From: Octopus vulgaris
Taxonomy: Eukaryota
Reading direction: 5' to 3'
DNA: 64,000 bases
NCBI GenBank assembly: GCA_951406725.2
Contig: OX597823.1
Location: 116,746,001-116,810,000, forward strand
Positions 23,705-36,880 of the stretch are shown in pieces. The translations under genes were made by a program, and so were the position numbers. Positions within the stretch are counted from its first letter, which is position 1. Each line of letters begins with the position of its first letter. Below the pieces are notes generated by a model that was given only the letters and a program-made list of their open reading frames with translations, was not told the DNA's origin and ran no database searches.

Positions 23705-25334
23705 ATAAATTTTTTTAAAGGCGGTGCTCCAGCATGGCCACAGTCAAATGACTGAAACAAGTAAAAGAGTAAATATTTGTTAAAAGCAATATTCATATTT
23801 GTACGCAGCAGATTTTCAATTTGATTTAGTTGGAAAATAAGTCTACATGAGTATATAATGGCTAACTTTTACCTATTGTCCATAGATCTGATGGCTGATA
23901 AAAGCATTCACACATTTCGAGGTTTCAACCCAGAGGTCTTTTCCTCAACTAACCATTCATATAAGCAACAACAATGACACCTGAGATTATTAATGTGCCT
24001 TGATACAAAAACTACTATTTCTTTTTTCTCACTGCAAATATTCAGTACTTTTGGTATATTTATTCCATCAGTATGAGGAACACTGTTCATGGTTTTGGTT
24101 CTGAGCCTCTTTCCTTAAGTAACTTATCAAAATAGACTCCCATTTTCTGAGCATCAAAGATGCATGTTTCCAATGTCAAATCATTTAAATCAAGATTATC
24201 TGGGCTAGTTTTTAGTCATCCACTTTTAGTAATCATTCAATCCTTTAGTGATTCTAGTGTAATTGGATGAGGATTTCTTTGGAAGTTTGAATATTTACAA
24301 ACTATTGCTGTTGACATTGTCGTTGTTGTTGTTGTCGTCATTATTGTTGGTGGTGGTGGTGGAGCTTAGTATAAAACACCTTCAATGTCTTCTATTATAT
24401 ATCCATTCTTATCTACAAACTTTGTAGAACCATCACATAAATGCCAGTTCTTGATTAATGCAGTATTGATACACAGTACTTCTCTTGTGTAATATCTTAG
24501 TTGAGTCATGAGAACATAGCTTGAACATTCACTATCAACATCATCAGTGTTTATTTTAAAACATTTGGATTGTAGATATTATCAGTTACATGTGTTCTCT
24601 AGCTTTTCATGGACCACAACTGGCTTTGTCATCAAAGTCAATTACAGAAGGATTGCAGCTGCTGTTTCTCCTTAGATGCTAATGAGTTTCAGCAGTAATT
24701 AGTTCATTTACATAATTGTCAGATGAGAGTTCATTATATAAGCATTATTTGTAAAGTGAATCACAAGGAAATAAACCTCCACTTAAATCTAGAAACAGGC
24801 TTTACTTTCTGTGAGAAGTAGAAATATATAAATTAAAATGTAATTTAGTAGTAATTATAAATACTTGAGCCAATCAGATTAGATGCAAGTCTTTCATGAA
24901 ACCATCTTTGATCATTTTGAGGTTTAGCTTTGTTTTTTGTCCTCTTTGGTCATGGATATCTCTGTTGAAACCTGTTTTTTTTTTTTATTTTAAATTCATG
25001 CCATTGTGTCAATTCATGATTGGACAAATGCATAATGATAGCAAACATGGAAGGAATTCAATATGAATGGAGGACTCCACCCAAGGACAGGAGTAGTAAG
25101 ATTATTATGATGATGGTGATTATCATCATCATCATCATCATTATTATTATTAATTATTATTATTATTAAGGTGGCAAGCTGGCAGAATCATTACAACATT
25201 GGGCAAAATGCTTCTCGGCATTTTGTGTGTCCGAACGCTCTGAGTTCAAATTTTGAACTTCTAACTTGTTGACTCTTGAGATCTCTGGGTGAGACTTGGA
25301 ATCAACTTGTGCAAATAAAAAGCAAAAGCCAAAC

Positions 25335-25378
<44 letters not shown>

Positions 25379-25399
25379 TAATAATAATAATGATAATAA

Positions 25400-25790
25400 T
25401 AATAACCAACTAGATATCACTCTCCTATGGAAGGAGTCCAAAGAATGGACATTCATTGACATACGTATACCAGCAGACTGGAATATTGCGATGACAGAGG
25501 ATGAGAGTCAAGAAGTATCAAAACCTTGTATTGGAAGTGAAATGCATCCATAAAGCCTCCAAAGTAAATGTGGTATGAATTGTGATAGTTGCACTTGGGA
25601 CCATCTCAAAGAAAGCAATATTCTGGCATCAAAAAGTTGCAAAGGCCAAACTTCACAGAACGTGCTCAGTTGGCAGCAATATTTGGAACAAATAATGTGT
25701 TGAGAAAAGTATTGCATCTCTAAGCTGTGGGATGGAGCTTAGATGTGACAGAAATTTCTCAGGAGAAGTTAGGATAATATAAATGAGGAT
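25400..25790 (+). mobile_element. R4/Dong-like LINE 3' relic (REL endonuclease) in (TAA)n
   Basis: NQLDITLLWKESKEWTFIDIRIPADWNIAM..KKYQNLVLEVK..IVIVALGTI resembles the RPD..ID.A.P..K..KY..IGALG motif. Confidence 0.8.
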
Positions 25791-25814
25791 GATGATAATG
25801 ATGATGATAATAAT

Positions 25815-26210
25815 CCTTTCTACTAAAGACACAAGGCCTGAAATCTGGAAGGAGGGGACTAGTCGATTACAGCCACCCCATTTGGATGAAAAGCTAAGTT
25901 AACTTCAGCAGAAATTGAACTCAGAACAGAAAGATGGACAAAATGCCACTAAGCATTTTTCCCAGCATGCTAACTTTTCTTATTTCTTTATTGCCCACAA
26001 GAGGCTAAACATAGAGGGAACAAACAAAGACAGACAAAGGGATTAAGTCGATTACATTGACCCCTGTGCATAACTGGTACTTAAGTTATCAACCCAGAAA
26101 GGATGAAAGCAAAGTCGACCTCGGCGTAATTTGAACTCAGAACTTAATGGCAGATGAAATACCACTAAGCATTTCGCCCGGCATGCTAACATTTCTGCCA
26201 GCTCACCACC

Positions 26211-26212
<2 letters not shown>
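25815..26212 (-). mobile_element. SINE family A dimer (full copy plus truncated variant)
   Basis: Two consecutive homologous units, junction ~25980. Confidence 0.8.
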
Positions 26213-26280
<68 letters not shown>

Positions 26281-26682
26281 TAATAGTAACACGCAATGCT
26301 AGTAATTTTGAAGGAATAGAATTTAATTAGTACCATAGGGAGTTAATTAGTGCTAGACTGGTATTTATTTTACTGCTCCTAGAAAGATGAAGGCGAAGTT
26401 GACCCCAGTTAGATTTGAACTCAGACTGTAAAGAGCCAGAAAAGGAGAAAAAAACCTCAACCCATTTTATTCAATAATTTACAATAATAATAATAATAAT
26501 AATGATATGGATTTCTTTTATTTGCCACCAAGGCAAATGGATTTGAGGTACAATATAACAACAGACGAACTGTGGAGATTTACATTAAAAAAATTAATAC
26601 CAAACAATGTAGAAAGTATACATGATATAATAGCAGTAGCAGTAATAATAATAATGATAATAATAATAAAATAATAATAATA

Positions 26683-26913
26683 ACAGGAAGTGCAAAAATC
26701 GTGTTAACTGGAACGACTCATGTACTGAGAAGAGCGTTATTGCTGTGAAAACAACTTTCAATCAGGAATTATTTATTTATTAATTTTTTAAATACATATT
26801 TTACCTGTGAATTTGTGTGTGTAATCTAGGAATGCATACAATGAGCTTCTCTGCCTTAGGTGTACAAAAAACACACAGCGAGAAATGGAAGAAAATTTGA
26901 AGAAATAAGGAAA
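26683..26913 (+). mobile_element. R4/Dong-like LINE extreme 3' end in (TAA)n
   Basis: QEVQK..LTGTTHVLRRALLL* plus 3'UTR, flanked by TAA arrays. Confidence 0.7.
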
Positions 26914-28555
26914 TAATAATAATAATAATATTAATAATAACAATAATAATAATAACGATAGTAATAATAATAGGTTCAAATTTTGCCACAAGGGTAGTAA
27001 TTTTGGAGGAGGGGACTAGTCGATTGCATCAACCCCAGTGTTTCACTGGTACTTAATAGACCCTGAATGTATGAAAGACAAGTTGAACTTGGGGGAACTT
27101 GAATCTAGAATGTAGCGACGGGCGAAATCTGGTTAAGCGTTTCGTCCATGATCCTCACATGTAACATTATATTTGTTAATCTGAACTCTGCGTATCTTTC
27201 AAGTAATCCTTAAAATAAAACCATCCACAAATCTATATTTTTCTGGATGCTATTGGATCTAAGTGTTTCACTGGAATTCCTTTCCTAATTCTGGTCTGGC
27301 AATATGTCAGGTATTGTACACCTCAAATTGATCTTAATACACCATTTCTTGATAGTTTATTTATTTATTTATTTATAGTATTTCTTTTTATTGATGGACA
27401 TTAGGTAAAAAAAAAAAAAAAAGAAGGTGGAAATTTTGAATCATTGTTTTCTAAGTAGAGAGCTGTCATGTTCAGAAAGACTTTTCACCATCCTTTACTA
27501 CCCTTGGCTTCTAGACGTGCCATTGAGTGTTTTCTTACAGCTGTTTGTTGGTTAAGAATTATGTTTGAAGTCAGCTGTTAAGATTGCTAGTGACATATTA
27601 TAAAATGGTCCATTATGTTTCACATTGTTCAACTGAGAATTATTTTCTACTTAACCGATAAAAAGACAAATGTAAAAACAAAACCGAACAGATTCGGCTA
27701 CTTCATTTCTCAAGGCAGTTTCATAGACATTTTAAAATGAATTCCTGTAATAGCATCATCATCATCATCGTCATCATTGTCATTAATTAAACATTTGCTG
27801 ACCAGTGTTGATTATTGTTAGACAGATTTTCCAACCAATATATTTCAATGCATCTTGACAACTCACTATCAGTTCTCTTGGATGTCTTAGCTATCTAATA
27901 GGTTATTTACCTACCTTACACAGAACAGATCTTCTCCCACCAACCTACACTTTCTTACTCTATAAATATTGTCTATTTTGTTTAAAGAGTTATTCCAGCA
28001 CCTTCAGATTTCCTAAATATAGTGGCCACCACCTCAAATACACAAAACAAAATGTCTATCATAGTTTTTTGTTTTCATATTTAATTTCTTTCTATTTTCA
28101 TTTGGATATTTTCTTTGGAAAACAAAGACTTTTCCAAATATAGTTTCTTGAAAGCCATTTAGAATTGGAGATTTTATTTTGTCATTAATTCTCAAGCTGT
28201 CCTAGTGTTTCCCAAGACATAGTGTCTTGGGAAACACTGAAATAAATTTTGGTTTACACAGAACAAAGAACCATCATCCAAAACTGTCTGTCAGTGTACT
28301 ACTCTCTGCTTTCCTGTCAAAGATGGTTGTTTTTTTTTTTTTTGTTGAATTCTTTTCTCTGATCTTTTAGAAAATACTCTGGACACATATTGAGGAATTT
28401 TTATTCAGAACAATGGATAAATCTCTATCTTTCAACATTGTTGAGAAGAACAAACAAGGAATAGTTTACATTCCATTTTCACTGGTTCACTATGACTAAA
28501 TAAATGTTCATTTTATAGCTCAAGGCATTTTAAGGAACTAACCAAGTTTTTTTTT

Positions 28556-28920
28556 ATTACCTCTGCCTTAGCAAAGGCAGATGTATTGTTTTTAGTTATA
28601 TTTGTTTGTTGGTTTGTGGATGAGATATCTCGAGAACCACTGGATGGATTTGGATGAAACTTTCAAGGATGTTTGACCTCATGACTGGCAAAAACTGATT
28701 AGATTTTGAGATTAATCCAGTACTGGACAAGGATTCTGGATTATTTTTTTTGTTTTCTTACTTAATTTTTAAGAGCAGTCAGTCTCACTTTTAGTATTCT
28801 CCTTTGTGAGAGCAGTTGAGTCTATTTCAGAAATTCTCATTTTAAAAATCATTTCTAGCTAATCATTGAGAGGACGTTGCCATTGCCTTGGTGGAGGTTT
28901 GCACTCTTTGAGTGCTCTTG
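28556..28920 (+). mobile_element. Non-autonomous Helentron (HINE/DINE-1-like)
   Basis: ATTACCTCTGCC 5' subTIR versus GGTGGAGGT, (TTTG)n, 3' hairpin GCACTC-TTT-GAGTGC, T-rich flanks. Confidence 0.75.
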
Positions 28921-29082
28921 TTTATCATTGTCATTATTAAAAGTGGTGGATTGGCAAATTTATTACTATTCAAGAAACAGCTTTGTGGAATTTATTCTGG
29001 CTCCTTACATTCTTTACATACTGAGTTCAAGTCCTGCTGAGGTTAACTTTGGCTTACATCTTTTAGGGGTTCATAAAAAAAG

Positions 29083-29895
29083 GGATCTTTTCCTTTTGAA
29101 CGGCACTTTGTAACATAATTTCTAGGTAACTAAAAAGTTTTAAACTTCGTATACTGGTAGAATGTGTTTATAAAACATCATTTTTTCTTGGCTTTATTGA
29201 GAAAATTCTATAGGTTGTAAGATATTTCGTCTTTAATTTCAAGTATTTTGGTAATTTTAACCAATCGCTGACGTCCATTTAGGTAAATAACATTCTGTGT
29301 ATAATGAATATGTCCCTCCTTTAAGAAACAGATTGGGTTTATTTACATTTGTGAAGAAAAAAGATACCCTTCCCCAACCCCTAACCGTAACTCTAACCCT
29401 AAATCTAAAACAGATTGAAATGCAATAGATCGATACTAGGGTTATAATTATGGGTGACAATTTCATACGACACCGCTACAGAAAATGGGATTTTTTTCTT
29501 GCGGTATCAAATGAAAATGTCACCCATAATTATGGCCCTAGTATCGATCTATTGCATTTCAATCTGTTTTAGATTTAGGGTTAGAGTTACGGTTAGGGGT
29601 TGGGGAAGGGTATCTTTTTTTCTTCACAAATGTAAATAAACCCAATCTGTTTCTTAAAGGAGGGACATATTCATTATACACAGAATGTTATTTACCTAAA
29701 TGGACGTCAGCGATTGGTTAAAATTGCCAAAATGCTCGAAATTAAAGACGAAATATCTTACAACCTATAGAGTTTTCTCAATAAAGCCAAGAGAAAATGA
29801 TGTTTTATAAACACATTCTACCAGGATATGAAGTTTAAAAATTTTTAGTTACCTAGAAATTATGTTACAAAGTGCCGTTCAAAAGGAAACGATCC
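29083..29895. mobile_element. 813-bp foldback MITE (GG..CC ends, 8-bp TSD; possibly Merlin-like) inserted in a SINE A copy
   Basis: ~400-bp near-perfect inverted arms; AAAAAAAG at 29075-29082 and 29896-29903. Confidence 0.9.
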
Positions 29896-30024
29896 AAAAA
29901 AAGTACTAGTGAAGTACTGGGGTTGATTTAATTCACTAAACTGCACCTCCTACATTGTCGATCAGTTGCCTAAATCAGAAAAAAATATCATTACAATTAT
30001 CATCATCATTTATTATTATTATTA

Positions 30025-30192
30025 TAAGTTGGGTTTTGTTGGAACTCCTAGGGTCTTGCATGCAATGCAGGTTTACTACCTGCAGCATACAATGCCATGC
30101 TATTTGTTCTTTTTCAATTGTCTAATACTTTCTTGATGATTTTGGCCATGCCAAGGGGACAAATAGTTCTACAGGGCACTCTATTCCCAGTA
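30025..30192 (-). mobile_element. R4/Dong-like LINE 3' end in (TAA)n
   Basis: TICPLGMAKIIKKVLDN* resembles LQKxxLLGTARIIRKVL; TAA arrays on both sides. Confidence 0.65.
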
Positions 30193-30227
30193 TTATTATT
30201 ATTGTTAGGCGTTGTTATTATTATTAC

Positions 30228-30373
30228 TGTTGGCGTTAGGAAGGGCATCCAGCCGTAGAAACATTGCCAGATCAGACTGGGCCTGGTGCAGCCTCCTGGC
30301 CTCCCAGACCCCAGTTGAACCGTCCAACCCATGCCAGCATGGAAAGCGGATGCTAAACGATGATGATGATGAT
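30228..30373 (+). mobile_element. RTE 3' end with (GAT)n tail
   Basis: Homology to 11535-11686. Confidence 0.85.
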
Positions 30374-30492
30374 TGTTGTTATTATTATAAGAAGAGCACG
30401 ATGTGAATGTAATAGATTACTTATTGATTTGATGTACCATACTGTTCTTACTGTCTATTTACTTTTGTGAAGAATTATGTCAATCTTTATAA

Positions 30493-31023
30493 TGAGAGAG
30501 CAGTGCATGCCATCAGAGTGACACTGGGGTACAAATATTCAAAGATCAGTATACCCATCATGACTACCTGTCTGATAAGGGTACACCAGGCACATGCATC
30601 ACAATCATGTGTGCGCAATATGGTGGTCTCATATCGAGATAAAGAACACATGACCTTGCAGATGGGACCCAGTTAGATTTTCTTCTGGTTGAGTAGCCCA
30701 TCCCGCTCAAAAGGTCCCTGAATGAGGGTTGTTTAAGGATGTTGAACATGAATTATTCAAACCCCAAAGAATCCCTCTCAACACATGGCTATGATGCTCC
30801 CCCACTACTTCTCCTCGTGATGAGAGATGCACATATCGTCAGCCACTAAGGGACATGGTCAACTGGTTAAGGTCAAACAACTGACAAGCAAATCTGTGGT
30901 ATTGAGCAGAATATTTGCTATAGCCCATCTTTTATACCAAGACAAAACAATGCACTTGATAACACTTCTAACCAGTTAAGATCAGAAGCCATGAGAGCCA
31001 CTGCCTGGTACTGCATCAGGGCA
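30493..31023 (-). mobile_element. ~550-bp non-coding repeat family D
   Basis: Homologous to 36881-37383, 59231-59785 and 60980-61270; abuts (TTA)n; orientation inferred. Confidence 0.85.
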
Positions 31024-31424
31024 ATTATTATTATTATTATTATTATTACTTTTTGCTAACATTAGTTTCAAATTTAGGCATAAGATCAGCAAGTTAAAGG
31101 AAGGGAACTAAGTCGATCACATCGACCCCAGTGCTCAACTGGTACTTATTTTATCGACCCCAAAAGGATGAAAGATAGAGTCAACCTTAGCATCATTTGA
31201 ATTGGGAACATAAAATCGGAAGAAATGCTGCTCTGCATTTTGTCCAGAGAAATTTTAAGAACAAGGAATGAGTAGAGAGTGGACCTTAGTTTAGGGTAGG
31301 TTAACGGGTCTGACAGTGGGATCTGACAGTGGGATCTTTATATTTATTATTTCCTGTCTTCATTTATTTTCATCTTTCATTTCTGACTTTCTCATTTATT
31401 TCCTTTCTTTTCTGTTTTCTTTCT

Positions 31425-31560
31425 CTGTCTCCCATCTCTTTCTTTACTCTTTCTCTCCCATCTCTTTCTTTACTCTTTCTCTCCCATCTCTTTCTTTACT
31501 CTTTCTCTCCCATCTCTTTCTTTACTCTTTCTCTCTCATCTCTTTCTTTACTATTTCTCT
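31425..31560. repeat. Pyrimidine-rich ~27-bp minisatellite (TTTCTCTCCCATCTCTTTCTTTACTC-like)
   Basis: 4-5 tandem units visible. Confidence 0.85.
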
Positions 31561-31791
31561 CATTCTCTTTTTCCTTCTCATACTCATTCCCAATCACACT
31601 TTCTAACCTACACCCTCTCTTTCCCTCTTCACTCTATTATTCTCTCTTCACACTCTCTCCCGCACACCCTCTCTACCTTTTCAGTTACTTTCTCATACTC
31701 TATTCCCTCACTCTCTCTCCCTCTCTCTCTTCCATTCCTTCTTTATTTTATATCACCCATATTCATCATCTTTATTCTTTCCTCTCCTTCA

Positions 31792-32233
31792 TCTATATAT
31801 ATAAAACTCAACTTGTGTGTCTGTGTATGTATCTGTGTGTGTGTCTGTGTGTTTAACTTCCCGGCACATCTCCTCCTAGCCAACAAATCGTAGAACCACC
31901 AAAAATGGGTCACTTAAAGTTTAGGCAAATGAAAATTGAACTGTGCTATTTCTGTTCCGAAATTCATCTCGCAAGTGCAAAAATCGATAATGTGTTTGTT
32001 TAGGCCTTATCCCATGCATTGAATAGTGAACTTTACTCAGTCAGCTGTTTGACATGAACTGTGTTCACCACGTATGCAAGTATGCGTAAAATGCATGAAA
32101 AATAAAAAATCAAGATATAAAAACGAATCGCCGTAAACATTGTAGAAATTCGGCAAAGAAATGAATTTTCGGGATGTAGCCTGGAGGGTTTTTTCGTATT
32201 AATCGTTTGGACTTTGTGAACACATACCAATTA
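31792..32233 (+). mobile_element. Helitron-like element, 5' part
   Basis: A|TCTATATATATAAAA start followed by a TGTGTGTCTG tract. Confidence 0.6.
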
Positions 32234-32598
32234 TCTATATATATAAAGCTGAAGTTGTCTGTGTATGGCAGGTTTGGTAGCCTTCAACTAACACTATCTC
32301 CTCCAAGACCCTGCAGCACAAGTTGACCAAAATTGAGAGTATGATAGAAGAAGGCTTGCTCTTCCTTCCATAGAAGAAAAAATTCAAATCGGACCATGTT
32401 AACACCAAAAATTATTTACATCAAAAAGGTGATTTTTTTCTATGAAAATCCCTATTTTGTACGATTTTTGACTGTCGCCATTTTCAGTGTATTTCAACCA
32501 GAAAAATGTTCACTTAAAAAGAATAACAAGCTACATAATGCAAAATTTTTACTTTTCAAAAATTCCAATTCTAAAGCAACACCGGGTGATACTGCTAG
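32234..32598 (+). mobile_element. Complete non-autonomous Helitron
   Basis: A|TC start, subterminal GCAACACCGGGTGATACTGC hairpin, CTAG|T end. Confidence 0.8.
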
Positions 32599-32813
32599 TT
32601 AATTATAAACAATATTTAACTCCAACCTTAGCCATGACCTTCCACCCTGATAGTGTGTGATTAAGAAGTTTGCTTCTTAAATATGTGGTTCCAGGCTTCT
32701 ATATAGTCTTGAGTTGACCAATATCTTGGGAATGCAGTTTGTTAGATAGAAATTGTGTAGAAAACAATCACATACACACACACATGCACACATGCCTGCA
32801 TCGACCCGTACAC

Positions 32814-32851
<38 letters not shown>

Positions 32852-32862
32852 TATATATATAT

Positions 32863-33164
32863 GAAATCATATAAGGATAGAAATTGATATTAATCAATTA
32901 AAACCAGTGGCCTAACATATTCAAAAAAATCCCAAGATTAAAACTTTATACATATAAAATTTAGAGGACTGAAACTAGCAGACAGCCTGTATGCTAGATA
33001 TAGATGTCAAAATTATCCTTTTCAACGAAGAATGTGTTCTCAAGAAAAAATTCATCAAAATTTTTTGATGAATTTTTTCTTGAGAACACATTCTTCGTGG
33101 AAAAGGACGATTTTGACATCTATATCTAGCATACAGGCTGTCTGCTTTCAGTGGTCAGTCCTTT

Positions 33165-33170
<6 letters not shown>
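32863..33170. mobile_element. Hairpin insertion with ~105-bp arms plus a one-sided extension (Penelope-like)
   Basis: Palindrome ~32958-33169 centred on CATCAAAA-TT-TTTTGATG; lies within (TA)n. Confidence 0.6.
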
Positions 33171-33207
<37 letters not shown>

Positions 33208-36200
33208 GTACACATACATACATATATCATTATCATAATTTTTGTGTCTGTTTTTCTATGCTTGCATGAGTTGGACAGGTCTTTTCCAAACTGTGCCTCA
33301 CTATTTGTTGCATTCTTTTGTCATCTCTTACATGAGGCTGAACATCCTGACATCATCTTTTACCACTTCTGCTTCAACAGATTCTATCCAACCTCTGCAA
33401 GCATTGAAAAGTAGACAAACACGCACACGCACTCATAGGTTTGAAGCTGCTAACAGTAATCACTCTAGGACTAAACCTTTTCAGCAATAACAACCAGTTG
33501 ATAACATTAAGCAGAGTATATAACTATATCATTTTGAGAACCACTTGTTTCTTTTTTTTTTAACTTTCTACTATAGGCACAAGGCCTGAGAAATTTGGTG
33601 GGATGAGGTATAGGGGATAGTCGATTGCATCGACCCCCAGTACTCAACTGGTACTTATTTTATCAACCTTGAAAGGATAAAAGACAAAGATGACTAATTT
33701 TGATTGCAATAACCAGATGACAATGTTCTCGATGATTATAATAAACAACTTCAACTGTGTGTATGTATGTATGTGTGTGTGTGTATGTGTGTGTGTGCTT
33801 GTGCATGTGTATGTTTGTGTGTGTGTTTGTGCATGTATATGTTTGTGAGTGTGTGTGAGTATGTACGTGTGTCTGTCTGTGTTCAGTAATTTCAAACAAA
33901 AATACTCTATGGCATTTGTTCTGTTTGACCTCCCAATTGGTCTCATGTCACTTTGTGATTGACCCACTGGAAGCCTGTAACTAATAATACTATTATCTAC
34001 AAAAAGTGGTGTAAAACAGGAAAAAAAACATTACATAGAAATTTCTCTTTACAGCCTCCTTGTTTCGCCTTCTCTTTCTCTTCCTCTCTTTGCTAGGATC
34101 CTGTGCTACGCACGAGGAAAACTAGGCAATTGTTTAGAGCCCTAAAATCTGGGATCACCACATAAAGTCTGAACAACTTAAATAAAATGTCGTAATCCAA
34201 TCAAATACACAAAAAATTAATAATGAAGGGAAGTGGTGAGGTTATTTCCGGAACAGAGGAGAAGAGAATAGTTGCAGGACAAGGCAGACGAAAGAGTCAT
34301 GGGGTGTCACATGACCTGTTACAGAATTTAGTGGAGAACATTTCAAATTTTGTCAGATAAATGTAATATTCAGGAACATAGACTATGAAACTGCAGATTC
34401 GTTTTTTACAAGTTAATTATATTTAAGCGGATGTAAAAAGGATGATGCTTAGAGGAAGTTGCAGAGAAAGGGTGAATGCTGTGTAGAGTTGGTCACAGGA
34501 ACTAGATACCTTGGCACCAGAGTTCTTCTCTCTACTGCAATATCTTCATCATGTCGTTCTGGCAAAATCTGATATATTGTTCCATAAAATGACTCTTCAG
34601 TTGATTTATTGTAAATTCTTTGAAATGATGACAATTTACAGAAATATCTCAGACAAATCCATACAAAGATAAACAGAAACAAAACAAACAAAATTAGTGT
34701 AAAAGGACAAGTTTGAATTGCTAAAGAGGGAAAAAAAAACAGATTATAATAACTCTTCCCCTGTAAAAAATAATAATTCTTAGAAAGAGCCAACTTATAT
34801 ATTGTTGGAGACACAATGGAGAATAAGGTCATGTTAATGATATTATGATGGAGAATAATGTCATGTTAATCATATTAAAATGTAAAGCAAAGCCATCTTA
34901 ATGAAAGCTTTACTCAATTGTCTGGTAATGTCTGTAATGGGAAAGAATATGATACTCCAAATTATGAAGTAGTTGTTATGGTGGTGGTAACCAGGATATA
35001 CATAGAATGTCACTTCATGTGTCTCAGACACATCAGTCCAGTGATTCCTTTGTAAGACTCTTCTAAAAGAACTTTTTTTTATTTTCATTTGTCATCCTTG
35101 TGGTAAGCATAGAAAGATTTCAGAGAGGATCAAAGAATTAGTTCTATGAAAATTGACTGGTGCTACAGCCAGTTGGGTCACTTGCTCAGACCAATGTAAC
35201 TCTTCCACACCAGACTTCCTGATTAAGCGATGAAGCATGAACGTTTTGGCTTGAATTTTAGTCACATTGGCCTTACACTAGCTGAAATATCTTATCTGCA
35301 CATACCACGACTACAGATGATAGTAGTAGTAGTTCACTATGTGTACTAGTTGACCCTGGCTGTTGACAGTTTGTTATCTGTTCATCCACTCAGCATCTCG
35401 TGATATTCATCATTGATTCGATATATTCTTCTGCCAAAAGGCAACGAGCTGGCAGAAACGTTAGCATGCCAGGCAACATGCTGAGTGGTATTTTGTCTGC
35501 CGCTACGTTCTGAGTTCAAATTCCTCTGAGGTTGACTTTGCCTTTCATCCTTTCAGGGTCAATAGATTAAGAACCAGTTGCAAACTGGGGTCGATCTAAT
35601 CGACTGGTCCCCTCCCTAACAATTTCGGGCCTTGTACCTAGAGTAGAAAAGTATATTTTTCTGCCAAATAGTTCACATCAATCAGGCTGCATTGCATGCT
35701 TTCCACATACTCTTGCTCAGATGTTATTTAAGCCATGGACACTGGTTTGTGCTACGACTCTGAGTGAGAGTAGACTCTGGAACAATGGTGGCTAAGAGGT
35801 GATTCCACACTCCTCAAAACACTGGAACTCTCAAACCAAGAAATCACTACCAGCTTCAGTAATAAAAGACAATGGGTCTCACTAAAAAAGTATTTCACAG
35901 CAGAATCTGTCAGTTTTTGCAATAACATAGCAATAGAGAATTGTTGCCTTGAGAAAAAAGTTAGTGAACCAATTAGAAGAGACAACCAGAAGCAGAATCA
36001 GTTTTTATATCCTTTCTCTGAGAATGGTCCCTGACCAAGTTCTCTATACAAAAGACTGAGAAAGCAGTTTTTATGCTAGGGTATCTACTCTGAAACACAA
36101 AAGCATTCAGTGAGCACAACTAGTGGAGGCAGAGCATGGAACCAAAACCACACTTTGATCTTTGATGGACTACACTGAACTTTTTTTATTGTCTGATTCC

Positions 36201-36841
36201 AAGCCGATGTGGGGAGTTTTTCAGTGATACATTGTCCGATTATTTGCAAGGTGTGATGGCATGCAGGTCATGGAATTTGGGGCATACTGCTAAGGCTGAC
36301 TTTGCCTTTCAATCCTTGCAGGCTTGATAAAATACTCAAATACAAGGGTCGATGGCATTGACTAACTTCTGCCCTCTCAAAATTTCTGGCCTTGTGACTA
36401 TGAAATGAAGAATTGTTACTGTTGTTGTTATTAACAAGGCAGTAAGGTAGCAGAATCATTAGTATTCTGGATGAAACCCTTACCTGTGTTTCATCTAGCT
36501 TTACATTCCAAGTTCAAATTCTACCAAAGTTAAACTTTACCCTTCATCCTTTCAGAGTTGATAAAATAAGTACCAGGTGAGCACTGGAGATGGTATAATT
36601 GACTAACCCCCTCCCCTCAAATTTCAGGCCTTGTGCCTATAATATAAGAGATTGTTATAAATGTTATTGAAAACAGATTGTTCATGCATCACACAAAATG
36701 CTTGGTGGAATTTCTTTCAGCTCTTAATGTTCAGAGTTCAAATTCTGCTGAAGTCAACTTTGTCTTTTATCTTTTCAAGGTCAACGTAATTGTCTAGCCT
36801 TCACCCCACAAATTTCAGGCTTTGTGTCTATAGTAGAAACA

Positions 36842-36880
<39 letters not shown>

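Noticed and set aside
29375-29405. Telomere-like CTAACC repeats
   Set aside because: Short degenerate internal part of the MITE arms, not an interstitial telomere
34449-35088. Two minus-strand ORFs (127 and 72 aa)
   Set aside because: No recognisable motifs or convincing splice structure
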